Below, one piece after another: positions 43,534 to 52,758 of a stretch of DNA of 64,000 nucleotides. The notes under the pieces were generated by a model that made no database searches, was not told the DNA's origin, and saw nothing but the letters and a program-made list of their open reading frames with translations. Every line of letters starts with the position of its first letter. Positions within the stretch are counted from its first letter, which is position 1. Made by a program: the position numbers and the translations under genes. The stretch is from positions 1 to 64,000 of the forward strand of contig JBCCHT010000018.1 of assembly GCA_039028615.1 (NCBI GenBank), written 5' to 3'. This DNA comes from Myxococcota bacterium. Its GTDB lineage: Bacteria; Myxococcota_A; Polyangia; Nannocystales; Nannocystaceae.

Positions 43534-44946
43534 TCAGGTCCCCGTCGCGTGCGGCTGTTGACCGTCGATGAGCACCTGCGCCCGGCGGATCGTCGCCTCG
43601 GTGGGATCGGGCCCGAATAGCAGCTGCGCCACCAGGTTGGGGTCGGGCGTGGTGCCGTCGAGGTCGCGTAGGCGATCGCTCAGCTCGCTGACCACGAACG
43701 CATGGGCTCGCTCGCGGAGGTGCTCGGCGGAGGTGATCCCCGGCGCCAGCTTGGCGCTGTGGTTGCTCCAATTGAAGTCGGGCAGGCCATCGCGCGGGCC
43801 CGGGTCGGCGCAGATGAAGCACCCCGCCTTGAAGATCAGGAACAGCGCGTCGTTGGTCGTCTTGCCCGCGTGATCGAGCCGCTCTCCGTTGAGGTGGTCG
43901 ATGGCGGAGCTGCGCAGCTCGTGGTGGAGCACGATCGACGGCGTGCCCTCGGCGGTGGTGGACAGCTGGAACACGTGATCGGTGATGACCGTCCAAATGT
44001 CGAAGCCGTGGATGTGCAGCCGCAGCTTGCCCGGCGACAGCAGCAGGCGGCGATACAGGATCAGGGTGGGCGGCCGTGGCTCGCTGACGGTGAGGGGCAC
44101 GGCCGGCGCGGGCGTGGGCGCCGAGGCGATCGCTGCCGCCGTCTGATCGGGGGGCACCGCGACCTCCCAGTCGAGCGCCGCCTGATTGACGATGACCCCC
44201 AGCGCCTCGGCCCGGTCGCGGAGGAAGCTGCTGAGGGTGTCGCTGCCGAAGCGCGTGGGATCGAAGGGCTGACCCAACGCGCGGTCGAGCAGAGGCTTGA
44301 CCCGGGCGAAGTCCAGGCGACCCCGCTGGGCGAGGATGCCCCGCAGCACGCGGCCGACGTCGTCGAGGCTCCGCGCGGGTGCCGGGGGTCGCTCGTCGGC
44401 GGCCACCAGCGCTTCGAACTCGTGGAACTCGTCGCAGTAGGCGGTGAGCGTGCGCGCGATGCTGCCGTGGGCCCCGAGCCCGACGACGTAGGCGTTGCGC
44501 TGCCGCAGCTCGAGGACGAGCGGGATGAAGTCCTTGTCGCCCGTGACCAGGATGAAGAAGTCGACGTTCGACACCAGGCTGATGGCGTCCATCGCCAGCC
44601 GCATGTCGGCCGCGTTCTTCGACACGCCTCGGCCCCCGCCGGGGAAGCGGAACACCTGCACCGGCTCCATGCCCTGGTCCATCAGCAGGGTGGGCACGCT
44701 CCGCAGGAAGTAGTCGCGACGCGGGCGGCCGACCTCGATGTCGTCGTTGAGTCGCGATGCGCTGAAATCGGCGTAGGCTCGGCGCACGATCAGGCGACGT
44801 TTCTCGCCGACCAGCTCCCGTGCGAAGCCGGACAGGCGCTCCAGGTCGCGGTTGAACTCGTAGTGGTCGTCGGCGCCGGCCTCCGTGACCTCGCGGGCGA
44901 GGTAGAAGTTCTCGAGGTCGATGAGCAGCGCCGCGTTCCTCGACAT
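43534..44946 (-). CDS. NYN-domain (PIN-like) protein with OST-HTH/LOTUS-like and extra C-terminal domain
   Basis: ALLIDLENF, RRAYADF, KNAADMRLAMDA, LVTGDKDFIPLV..LR, CDEF; FDPTRFGSDTLSSFL. Start ATG 44946. Confidence 0.88.
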   Translation of the reverse strand: MSRNAALLIDLENFYLAREVTEAGADDHYEFNRDLERLSGFARELVGEKRRLIVRRAYADFSASRLNDDIEVGRPRRDYFLRSVPTLLMDQGMEPVQVFRFPGGGRGVSKNAADMRLAMDAISLVSNVDFFILVTGDKDFIPLVLELRQRNAYVVGLGAHGSIARTLTAYCDEFHEFEALVAADERPPAPARSLDDVGRVLRGILAQRGRLDFARVKPLLDRALGQPFDPTRFGSDTLSSFLRDRAEALGVIVNQAALDWEVAVPPDQTAAAIASAPTPAPAVPLTVSEPRPPTLILYRRLLLSPGKLRLHIHGFDIWTVITDHVFQLSTTAEGTPSIVLHHELRSSAIDHLNGERLDHAGKTTNDALFLIFKAGCFICADPGPRDGLPDFNWSNHSAKLAPGITSAEHLRERAHAFVVSELSDRLRDLDGTTPDPNLVAQLLFGPDPTEATIRRAQVLIDGQQPHATGT

Positions 44947-45044
44947 GGTCGACTCAGAGTACCGAAATTCCCGAGTCGATGAACGAGGGCTTCGCTCGAC
45001 AAGGCCGTTTTCCCGCCCGGAATCCGCCATGCTCAGTCGATCCT

Positions 45045-45986
45045 CTAGCCGGTGGGACCGATGGCGGTCGCCGGTGACAGCTCGCCCCAGGTCCGGTGCA
45101 GCATGGCGGGTGGCGCAATGGCTTCCGATGCGAACGCATCGAGAACCCGCAGGTGAACGTCGGTCTCGAACAGTTTTTCGTAGCGGGTATCCAGCACGTA
45201 CGCCTTGACGCGGAGGCGGACCGCCACGTGTTTGTCGAGAATTACCTGGTTGACGAGCACTACGACGGGTTTTTCGAGGAATACGTAGCGACTGGAAACC
45301 GCTGCTTCGGTGACCAGCTCGCGCGCGAGGCGAACGTTTTGGTCCGGTCCGATGTGGAAATCCATGACCACCTGCATGTCCAGGGCGCCGTAGTTGCCGT
45401 TGGAGGTGATCTCGCTGAGGAACTTGTTGTTGGGGATCGTGACCGTGTTGTCGTCGAGGGTCTGGAGCCGCACCGAGCGTAGGCCGATGGCGGTGATGTC
45501 CCCGTATTGCCCACCAAACGAGACTCTATCCCCCACCTGAAAGGGCCGATCGATCATGATCATGATGCCCGCGATGAACGACGCCACGACGTCTTTGATC
45601 GCGAAACCGACGGACACGGCCACCGTGCCGCCGATCAGCGTCAGCACGTTGTCGTTGAGCCGGAAGCTCAGGGCGATGACCGTGACACCCGTCCCGATGT
45701 AGACCAGGAACTGGGCGATGGTCGCGACCTTCTGCAGTAGCAGGCGGCGACTGGGAAAACGCTGGCTGAGTCGCGCCACGCTGTCATGCAAAAAGCGCAT
45801 GGCGAGCGCGACCCCGATGACCACGAAGATCGAGGTCACCACCCCGCTCCATCGCATCAGCCGGGCGATCTGCCCCAGGCTTTCGAAGCTGGTCTCCTCG
45901 CTGGCCCATGCGGGCGCCGACCGCAGCAACGCGGCGAGGGCCGAGCCGAGGGAGAGTACGAGGCGGGGTCGTCGCGACGAAGTCAT
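45045..45986 (-). CDS. Small-conductance mechanosensitive channel (MscS family)
   Basis: VSVGFAIKDVVASFIAG..DRPFQVGDRV..G.I..IGLRSVRLQTLDDNTVTIPNN. ATG 45986 overlaps the upstream TGA. Confidence 0.92.
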   Translation of the reverse strand: MTSSRRPRLVLSLGSALAALLRSAPAWASEETSFESLGQIARLMRWSGVVTSIFVVIGVALAMRFLHDSVARLSQRFPSRRLLLQKVATIAQFLVYIGTGVTVIALSFRLNDNVLTLIGGTVAVSVGFAIKDVVASFIAGIMIMIDRPFQVGDRVSFGGQYGDITAIGLRSVRLQTLDDNTVTIPNNKFLSEITSNGNYGALDMQVVMDFHIGPDQNVRLARELVTEAAVSSRYVFLEKPVVVLVNQVILDKHVAVRLRVKAYVLDTRYEKLFETDVHLRVLDAFASEAIAPPAMLHRTWGELSPATAIGPTG

Positions 45987-48900
45987 GGCGTGGAGAGCAG
46001 GTGCTGGCGCTGCAGCACGGTGGTGATGGTGCGGTACCAGTGCCACGAGAGGCGGAGCCCGGCGTCGAAGGGCTCGATGTAGCCGCGGGCCTGACAAAAA
46101 CGCAGAGCGTCGGAGACGTCGGTGGGCGGGAGCTGAGTGGCGGCGACGACCTCGTGCTCGCGCGCCAGATCGAGGCGGACGATGGCCCGCAGCACGAACA
46201 ACAGCGGCAGCGACAGCGACTCGATCTCGGTGGCGGGCGGCTCCTTGAACAGTCGCACGACGGTGCGCGCGTCGGGCTCGACGAACAGCGACTCGCGGAA
46301 CGCATGCAGAGCCACCGCCGGGTTGCCCCGCGAGTGGTCCCAAAGCAACCGGTAGTAGCTGCTCTCGGTGCGCCCTGCGTCCGGCGTGCCGAGCTGCTCG
46401 ACCTGGCTGGGGACCACGAGGCCTTCGAAGCTCGGATCGATCTTCGCCACCTCGCAGCGCTTGCGGATGAGCCCCCCGAGCTGTCGCTCCGTCCACCGCG
46501 GCAGGTCGATGACCTGCTCGAAGAACACTCGATCGCCGCGGGCTCGCTCCAGGTAGTGCCACGCGGGCGAGCCGATGGCGAAGACCCACGAGACCTTGCC
46601 GCCCACCTGGCGCGTCAGCGCGATGAGATCGTCGAGCTCACGCAGGCCGCGGATCGCAGGTTGGATCAGTCGATGGGCGTCGTCGATCGCCACGATCCGC
46701 AACGAGCTTCGTCGCAGCGCTTCGGCCAGCTGCGGGCCCCGTAAGGTGCTGTCGCCCGCGAGGGCGGCGATGCGGGGGATGAGGCCCTCGAGGCCGATCT
46801 CGGGGCAGGTCACCACCTTGATGTCGTCGGAGCCCACGCGCTGTCGAAGGCGTCGCAGGAAGGTGGTCTTGCCCATGCCGCGCTCGGCCACGATGGCGCT
46901 GAGGGTGGACCGCGGCGTCTCGGCCAGCGTAGCGACCAGCTCGAGCTCCGACTGTGTCGCCTCGACGACCTCGGGGGCGTCGACCTCGTCGGGATCGAAG
47001 CACTCGTAGCAATGGGCATCCACTGGCTCGACCGACTCCGCCTTCGAGGCCGCGGCGGCGCGCTTGGTGACCTCGCGGCGAAACAGGTAGGCCAGCACGC
47101 GGCGGGTGGTCTCGAGGTCCGACGCGTAGCGCAGGATCCACTTGCCCAGGCCGCGTACCATCAGGATTACCGCGCCCACCGTGGCGGCGAAGAAGCCGAT
47201 GCGAGCGTCGGTGCGCGGGCGAAGCCAGCGGGCGAACACGTTGTCCTCGGGCAGCATGCCCAGGCGCTCTTGGATCGTCGGTCGCCAGCGGATCACCAGA
47301 TAGATCGCCACCGGGCCGCTGAGCACCCAGCAGGTCGAGAGCATCCACGAGTAGATTGCCCCTTGGCCGACCATGGCCGAGGTCAGCCCGAGCAGCAGGC
47401 CGACCACGATCACGCTCATGCCCACCAGGCGCAGCGAGTGGATCCGCAGCGCCGACGTGTCCACCCCTTCGCGGGAGAACAGCGCTTGCCGGGCCGCCAG
47501 CGCGTCGAGCAGCAGGATCACCGCCAGACCCAGCAGCACCCAGCGCACCACGATCCACAGCAGCGTCAGCTCGGGCAGATCGTCGAGGTTGCCCGCGAGG
47601 CCCAGCAGCAGCCATAGCGCCAGCAAAAGCTCCAGCGGACGACGAACCCGATCGAAGTACCAAAGGCCCGACGACAGCGTATTGGTCCAGCGCGGTCGAC
47701 CCGGGCGACGGATGAGCCACCGACGGGCGCGCAGCACCAGGGTGTTCGCGTTCTTGCGCCACGCCCAGACCAGCAGCACCACCAGCAACACCTGCACCGC
47801 GCCCACGAACACGCGAATCGGCGAGCTTCGCAGGCGATCGACCAGCAGGTCCTTGTAGTGCGGCAGCTTGAGCAGGTGGAAGCCCAGCTCCACCGAGATC
47901 TGATCGAGCTCGCGTCGGACCTGATCGATGCCCTCGGGGCCGAACCCCGTGACCTCGCCGCGCAGATCCGTACTGGCCAGCTCCAGCAGCGCCAGGCGGG
48001 TGCGGTTGAGCAGCACCACATCGTCGCGCAGGGCTTGAGCGAGCTCCCACGCGACCTCTTGCTCGAGCTGGGTCAGGGCGTCTTCGTTGTCGCGCAGCTG
48101 CAGGCGCAGCGAGGACAGGTCGCCCCGGTCGACATCCGCGGGCAGGTCTCGGTCGAGCCCTTCACCCACGAGCGGCACGCCCGCTCCCGCGTCGCTCACC
48201 CGCCGCAGCTCGTCGCGGAGTCGGGTGCGAGCCAACGACAGGTCGTCGCGGATCGTCCGGTACAGCAGATCCGCTTCTTGCTCGAGGCGCGCGCCAAACA
48301 GCGTGCCCTGCTCGAGGTCGTCCACGCGACGGCTCCACTCCAGCGCGCGGTCGTGGTTTTCGATGCGCTCGGACTTGCGACGGTTGATGTCCGCCTCGTA
48401 CCGGGCCTGCGCTTCCTTGATCGAGAACAGCCGCGCTCGCTCTTCGGCCAGCGTTCGGTTCGCGTTCGTGCTGGCTCGACGCGCCGCTTCCAGCGCTTGC
48501 TCGCGGTCGACGGCGGCCTGGTCGGCCTCGGCCTCCGCTTCGGAGATCTGCTGGATCGCGTCCTCGCCCAGCGCTTCGGCCTCTTCTTCGGCTGCCTTGG
48601 CTGCTTCGACCTCCGCGGCTTCGGCTGCGGCCTGAGCCTCGGCTTCGGCCTTGAGCGCTTGCTCGCGTCGCGTCTCGTGCGTGGTGAACAGGACGGCGCG
48701 CTCGGAGTCCGAAAGCGCGAGGAACTCGCGGCGAAGACCATCGAGGCGTGCCTCGGCGCGGGCCAGGGATTCGGTGAGAGCGTCGGGCTCGTCGGCGGTC
48801 GGCGTCTCGGGCTTCGCGTCCGAGTCTGGTTGTTCTTCGGGCTCCGACCTCGCCGGGGCATCGGTCGGCGATGCTTCGGTGGGGCTCGGCCGTGCATCGG

Positions 48901-49621
48901 GCGACGCCGCGGACCCGGCTGGCCACGTGTCGCGCCGACTCTCCGACAGCGCGGCTTCGTGCCGATCGTTGAGGTCGAGCCGCAGCAACGACTCGGGATC
49001 GATCGAAAGCTCGAGCGTCCCGGCCATGAACGCTTCGAGGCGTTCGGCATGGACGGTGATGCGCTCCAGTCGTCGCTGACTCCGAGCCGAAGCCTCTCGC
49101 TCGTCCACCACCGCCGATTGCCGTCGCGCGTGGGTGGCCCACGCCGCTTCGCGTTCGCTCGGGCTCAACCGCAGGTAGGCCCGCAACGCCCGGTCGAGCT
49201 CGGCCGCGGGATCGAGCGCACCCGTCGGCTCCATCGCGGGCTCGGGCACGGGCTGGGCCCGCCGACTCCGTCGCGTGGGTGCGGGCACGGGGGCCGCGGG
49301 CTCGCCGATGGCTCGCAGCAACGCCAACAGCCGCGACCCCTGCGGCCCGACCACCGCGGCATCCCGCAGGTCGATCACGAACAGATCCGCCGGATCGACG
49401 GCCAACTCGAGCGTGCCCGCGATGAACGCCTCGATCCTGCGCGCCCGAACCCTCCGCGGATCCACCGTCGTCGCCGGAGCCTTCGAGGCCCCCTCGGGAC
49501 CCGCTCGAGCCGCCGGGTCCGCCTGCCCCTCACCTGGCGGCTGGGCGCCAGCAAACCCCGCAAACGAGGCCAGAAGCGCCACCAGGGCGAAGATCGGGGT
49601 CAGACGCGACATGAGACGCAC
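45983..49621 (-). CDS. Large membrane protein: signal peptide, coiled coil, multi-TM region, C-terminal P-loop NTPase and winged-helix-like end
   Basis: Signal ..ASFAGFAGA; E/A/R-rich coiled coil; several TM helices; Walker A AERGMGKTT, Walker B IVAIDD, SRGNP motif. Confidence 0.8.
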   Translation of the reverse strand: MRLMSRLTPIFALVALLASFAGFAGAQPPGEGQADPAARAGPEGASKAPATTVDPRRVRARRIEAFIAGTLELAVDPADLFVIDLRDAAVVGPQGSRLLALLRAIGEPAAPVPAPTRRSRRAQPVPEPAMEPTGALDPAAELDRALRAYLRLSPSEREAAWATHARRQSAVVDEREASARSQRRLERITVHAERLEAFMAGTLELSIDPESLLRLDLNDRHEAALSESRRDTWPAGSAASPDARPSPTEASPTDAPARSEPEEQPDSDAKPETPTADEPDALTESLARAEARLDGLRREFLALSDSERAVLFTTHETRREQALKAEAEAQAAAEAAEVEAAKAAEEEAEALGEDAIQQISEAEAEADQAAVDREQALEAARRASTNANRTLAEERARLFSIKEAQARYEADINRRKSERIENHDRALEWSRRVDDLEQGTLFGARLEQEADLLYRTIRDDLSLARTRLRDELRRVSDAGAGVPLVGEGLDRDLPADVDRGDLSSLRLQLRDNEDALTQLEQEVAWELAQALRDDVVLLNRTRLALLELASTDLRGEVTGFGPEGIDQVRRELDQISVELGFHLLKLPHYKDLLVDRLRSSPIRVFVGAVQVLLVVLLVWAWRKNANTLVLRARRWLIRRPGRPRWTNTLSSGLWYFDRVRRPLELLLALWLLLGLAGNLDDLPELTLLWIVVRWVLLGLAVILLLDALAARQALFSREGVDTSALRIHSLRLVGMSVIVVGLLLGLTSAMVGQGAIYSWMLSTCWVLSGPVAIYLVIRWRPTIQERLGMLPEDNVFARWLRPRTDARIGFFAATVGAVILMVRGLGKWILRYASDLETTRRVLAYLFRREVTKRAAAASKAESVEPVDAHCYECFDPDEVDAPEVVEATQSELELVATLAETPRSTLSAIVAERGMGKTTFLRRLRQRVGSDDIKVVTCPEIGLEGLIPRIAALAGDSTLRGPQLAEALRRSSLRIVAIDDAHRLIQPAIRGLRELDDLIALTRQVGGKVSWVFAIGSPAWHYLERARGDRVFFEQVIDLPRWTERQLGGLIRKRCEVAKIDPSFEGLVVPSQVEQLGTPDAGRTESSYYRLLWDHSRGNPAVALHAFRESLFVEPDARTVVRLFKEPPATEIESLSLPLLFVLRAIVRLDLAREHEVVAATQLPPTDVSDALRFCQARGYIEPFDAGLRLSWHWYRTITTVLQRQHLLSTP

Positions 49622-49714
49622 GGCCCCACGGCACCGAAACGAGTACGGACCCGTGGGGGTAGGACTTTATCCCACCTCCCTCCGCAATCGAAAAAACCGC
49701 CCCGCGCCCGGGCG

Positions 49715-50017
49715 TCAGCCGAGGCTGGGCTCACCGGACCGGCTCGCATGCCACAGGGCCACGACATCGACGGCGCTGCCGTCGTCGGTCACCCGGAAGT
49801 ACAGGTAGTAGCGAACCCGGCGCAGATGGACGCGCCGGATGCCTGCCCGTTGCTCCACGCGCGCGCCGACCAGGAGCGGTCGTTCTTCGAGACGCGCGAC
49901 GAGTTCGCCGAGGTCATCGTCGAACGCGAGCGGGGCTTTGTCTCGATGTTTCAGCCACCATGAGCGCGCGCGCTCGATTTCCCTCGCCGCGGAGGGGGTG
50001 AAGCGGACGGTGGCGAT
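49715..50017 (-). CDS. RelE/ParE-family toxin (non-canonical ATC start, or frameshifted)
   Basis: Not in the ORF track. Hand translation: IATVRFTPSAAREIERARSWW..APLAFDDDL..RRVHLRRVRYYLYFRV..VDVVALWHASR*. Lies directly after the antitoxin stop. Confidence 0.75.
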   Translation of the reverse strand: MATVRFTPSAAREIERARSWWLKHRDKAPLAFDDDLGELVARLEERPLLVGARVEQRAGIRRVHLRRVRYYLYFRVTDDGSAVDVVALWHASRSGEPSLG

Positions 50018-50020
50018 GGC

Positions 50021-50245
50021 TCAACCTCCGCTGCGGAGCTGCTGGAGGAACGCGCGGGCGTCGAGCAACTCGCCGCGATCGGCCTCGGCCACGCCGCGAT
50101 CGATGACCTCGAGTTCTTCGCGGCTGACCGTGACGGAGTCGCTCGGACTGTCGATCCACACCGTGACCGCGGCGCCTTCGGTCAAGTCCTCGGTGTCCTC
50201 GAGAACGATGGCGCCGTTGACGACCTTGCCTACTCGCGGCTCCAT
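50021..50245 (-). CDS. Putative antitoxin
   Basis: 74-aa acidic protein GKVVNGAIVL..IDRGVAEADRGELLDA upstream of the RelE/ParE-like frame. Confidence 0.75.
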   Translation of the reverse strand: MEPRVGKVVNGAIVLEDTEDLTEGAAVTVWIDSPSDSVTVSREELEVIDRGVAEADRGELLDARAFLQQLRSGG

Positions 50246-50286
50246 GGATCGACTTTAGCCCGCATCGATGGCGTGGACCAGCCGCG

Positions 50287-51627
50287 TCAGACCTGGATGG
50301 AGGCCCAGCTGCCCTTGCGCCAGATGGCGGCGAAGATGATGGCGGAGAGGCTGCGGTAGCCGATCTGGGCGGTCCAGATGGCGAGCAGGCCAGCGCCGAG
50401 GACGGGGCCGAGGGCGTAGGCGATGGGCAGGAAGAGCAGCCACTGGGTGGCGATGGAGACGACCATGGAGGTCCGAGCGGCGCCGGCTCCCATGAGGGCG
50501 TTCATGAGCACCATGCCGACGGCATCGATACCGATGGTGGCACCGACCAGCCGCAAGGGGCCGCGGGCGACTTCGATGGTCTCGGGCTCGCGCAGGAAGA
50601 CGCCGAGGATGAGGTCGGGGAACAGCAGCATGGGCAGGCCGAGGACGGTCATGATCACGGCGGCGATCTTGACGACGTCCCAGCCCCAGGCCTTGGCGTC
50701 TTCGGGATCTTTGCGGCCGAGGGCCTGACCGACGAGGGAGGCGGCAGCGAGGCCGAGGCCGAGGCCGGGCAGGACGGCGACGAGGGTCACGTTGATGACC
50801 ACGTTGGCCGCGGCGACCTCGGCCGTGGCATGGGCCGCGTCGGCCATGTTGCTGTGCGCGATGATCCAGAACAGGACGTTGAAGCCGGCGGCGAAGAACA
50901 GCTGTTGCAGCGCATTGGGCCAGGCGAGCCGACCGATGGTGCGGAGGTCTTCGGCCTCGGGGAGGCCGCGAAGGAAGCCGTTGGCGCGGGCGTACCGAAG
51001 CCCGAGATAGATGTAGTAGGCGGTGCCGATATAGGTGGCGATGGCCGAGGCGACGCCGGCCCCGGCCGCACCGAGCTCGGGCATGCCCAGGTTGCCGAAG
51101 ATCAGCAGCCAGTTGAGCAGGATGTTGGCCGCGTGCATGACCAACAAGGTGCGCAGGTACAGCTGCGACATGTTGACCCCGTTCCAGTAGCCCCGGAACG
51201 AGAAGTTCATGCCCACGGCCACCATGGCGAAGATGCGTGCCTGCAGGTACGGCACCCCGGCCTCGACCACCGCGGGGTCGGGGTTGAGCACGGGGAAGAT
51301 GTGCGGCACCACGAAGTACAGGCCGATCGACGCAGGGAGGCCGAAGACCAGGGCGATGAGCATGGCGCCGTTGAGCGGGACGGCGGTCTCGGAGTCGCGC
51401 TCCTCGCCTTTGCGCCGCGAGGCGATGGCCTGCACCCCGGCGGACAGCCCGGTGATGAACGCCATGGCCAGGAAATTGGCGAAGCTCCCCGTGCCCACCG
51501 CGGCGAGGGCCTCGTCGCCGAGCGTCCCCACCATGCCGGTATCGACGAGGTTGAGGATGTTCTGCGAGGTCATCCCCCCGATGATGGGGAGGGCGATGGC
51601 CAAGACCTGCCGGATCCGATCACGCAT
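50287..51627 (-). CDS. MATE-family efflux transporter
   Basis: IALPIIGG..LVDTGMVGTLGDEALAAVG, NILLNWLLIFGNLGMPELGAAGAGVAS, LVGQALG; about 12 TM. Start ATG 51627. Confidence 0.93.
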   Translation of the reverse strand: MRDRIRQVLAIALPIIGGMTSQNILNLVDTGMVGTLGDEALAAVGTGSFANFLAMAFITGLSAGVQAIASRRKGEERDSETAVPLNGAMLIALVFGLPASIGLYFVVPHIFPVLNPDPAVVEAGVPYLQARIFAMVAVGMNFSFRGYWNGVNMSQLYLRTLLVMHAANILLNWLLIFGNLGMPELGAAGAGVASAIATYIGTAYYIYLGLRYARANGFLRGLPEAEDLRTIGRLAWPNALQQLFFAAGFNVLFWIIAHSNMADAAHATAEVAAANVVINVTLVAVLPGLGLGLAAASLVGQALGRKDPEDAKAWGWDVVKIAAVIMTVLGLPMLLFPDLILGVFLREPETIEVARGPLRLVGATIGIDAVGMVLMNALMGAGAARTSMVVSIATQWLLFLPIAYALGPVLGAGLLAIWTAQIGYRSLSAIIFAAIWRKGSWASIQV

Positions 51628-51700
51628 GGGCTGACGCCCGGACCATAACGTCACCGGCTTCCCCAAAGTTGCGTCCAACCGACAGAACAAGCGGTGGAAC

Positions 51701-52567
51701 TCACGCGGCCTCCGGTTCACCCCGGTGGACCTCCGCGAGCTGTAGGGGAGTGTCGCATCGGGGACATCGCCCGACGGGCACCTCGGAGCGCTTGGAGGGT
51801 GTGTTCAGGGGTTCGGGGAGGCGACGGGTCGCGGGTTGGAGAGCCAGCACGCCGTGTGCGGTCACATCGGGTCGAAGCCGCCCCGCCAGGACCTGCAGAC
51901 GAACGGAAAGCTCGGGCGCCGACAGCTCGACATGGGTGGTGCCGTCGGCGAAGGGGTGCCGCAGGCGATAGCGGAGCCGGCCGTCCCGGCTGGGGTCGGG
52001 CCCGGGGGTGACCTCCACGGGGTGCACGATGGGCCCCGCCACCACCTGATGCACGGCGCGGGCCCGGGAGCGGTTGTCCCCGACCAGCCGATCGAGCGCC
52101 TCGCGGAGCTCGGCCACCATGCGCTTCGAATCGCGACGCCGTGGCCCGGGCAAGGGGTGAAACACGGGCGCGTCGCCGTCCTGCCGGGTATGGACCCCGT
52201 CGAGGGCGAGGACATGCAGATGAACGGGGGCATGAGGAGCGGGGCCGAAGCGACGCAGGGTGCTGACGGCCCCGCACGCGTGCGGCCCGGGTATGGAGGC
52301 CCGACCGGCGGCGCGCCGGAGCCAGGCGAACACGGCCCCGATGCAGGCCCGGGTCACGGGCGAGCGCAGCCGAGGATCGGCCGAGCGCCGGGTCCCCGCC
52401 GACTCGCCGAGCGAGAACACCCAGTGTCGAACGGGTACCCGAGGCAAGAGGCGAGGGCGGGCCGCTGGGCGGGCGCGGATGCAGACGGGGCAGCGCGGGC
52501 GGGCGCGAGAGGATGACGGAACCATGCTCGAGCAACACAGCCAGATCCATGCCGACGTTGCGCGCAC
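51701..52567 (-). pseudogene. Degenerate IS91/ISCR-family HUH transposase
   Basis: CPVC..LPRVPVRHWVFSL, GAVSTLRRFG..VHLHVLALDG, DGRLRYRLRHPFADGTTH, HGVLA resemble IS91 motifs; shortened, catalytic Tyr region not recognisable. Confidence 0.7.
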
Positions 52568-52758
52568 GTAATTTCACCGAAGTGCAGGTGGCTCGATCGA
52601 ACCATGGCCCATGGGTGGGCCGTCCGGGTGGTCCACCCGCGGGCCATCCGGGGCGACGAAGCGAGCGAAGACGATCGCGTGCCTGCCCGTCCCGTGACAC
52701 CATCGATGCAGTCGGCGTGCACGTGCATGGGTCTGTCGTTCATCGGGTCGTCACGGTC

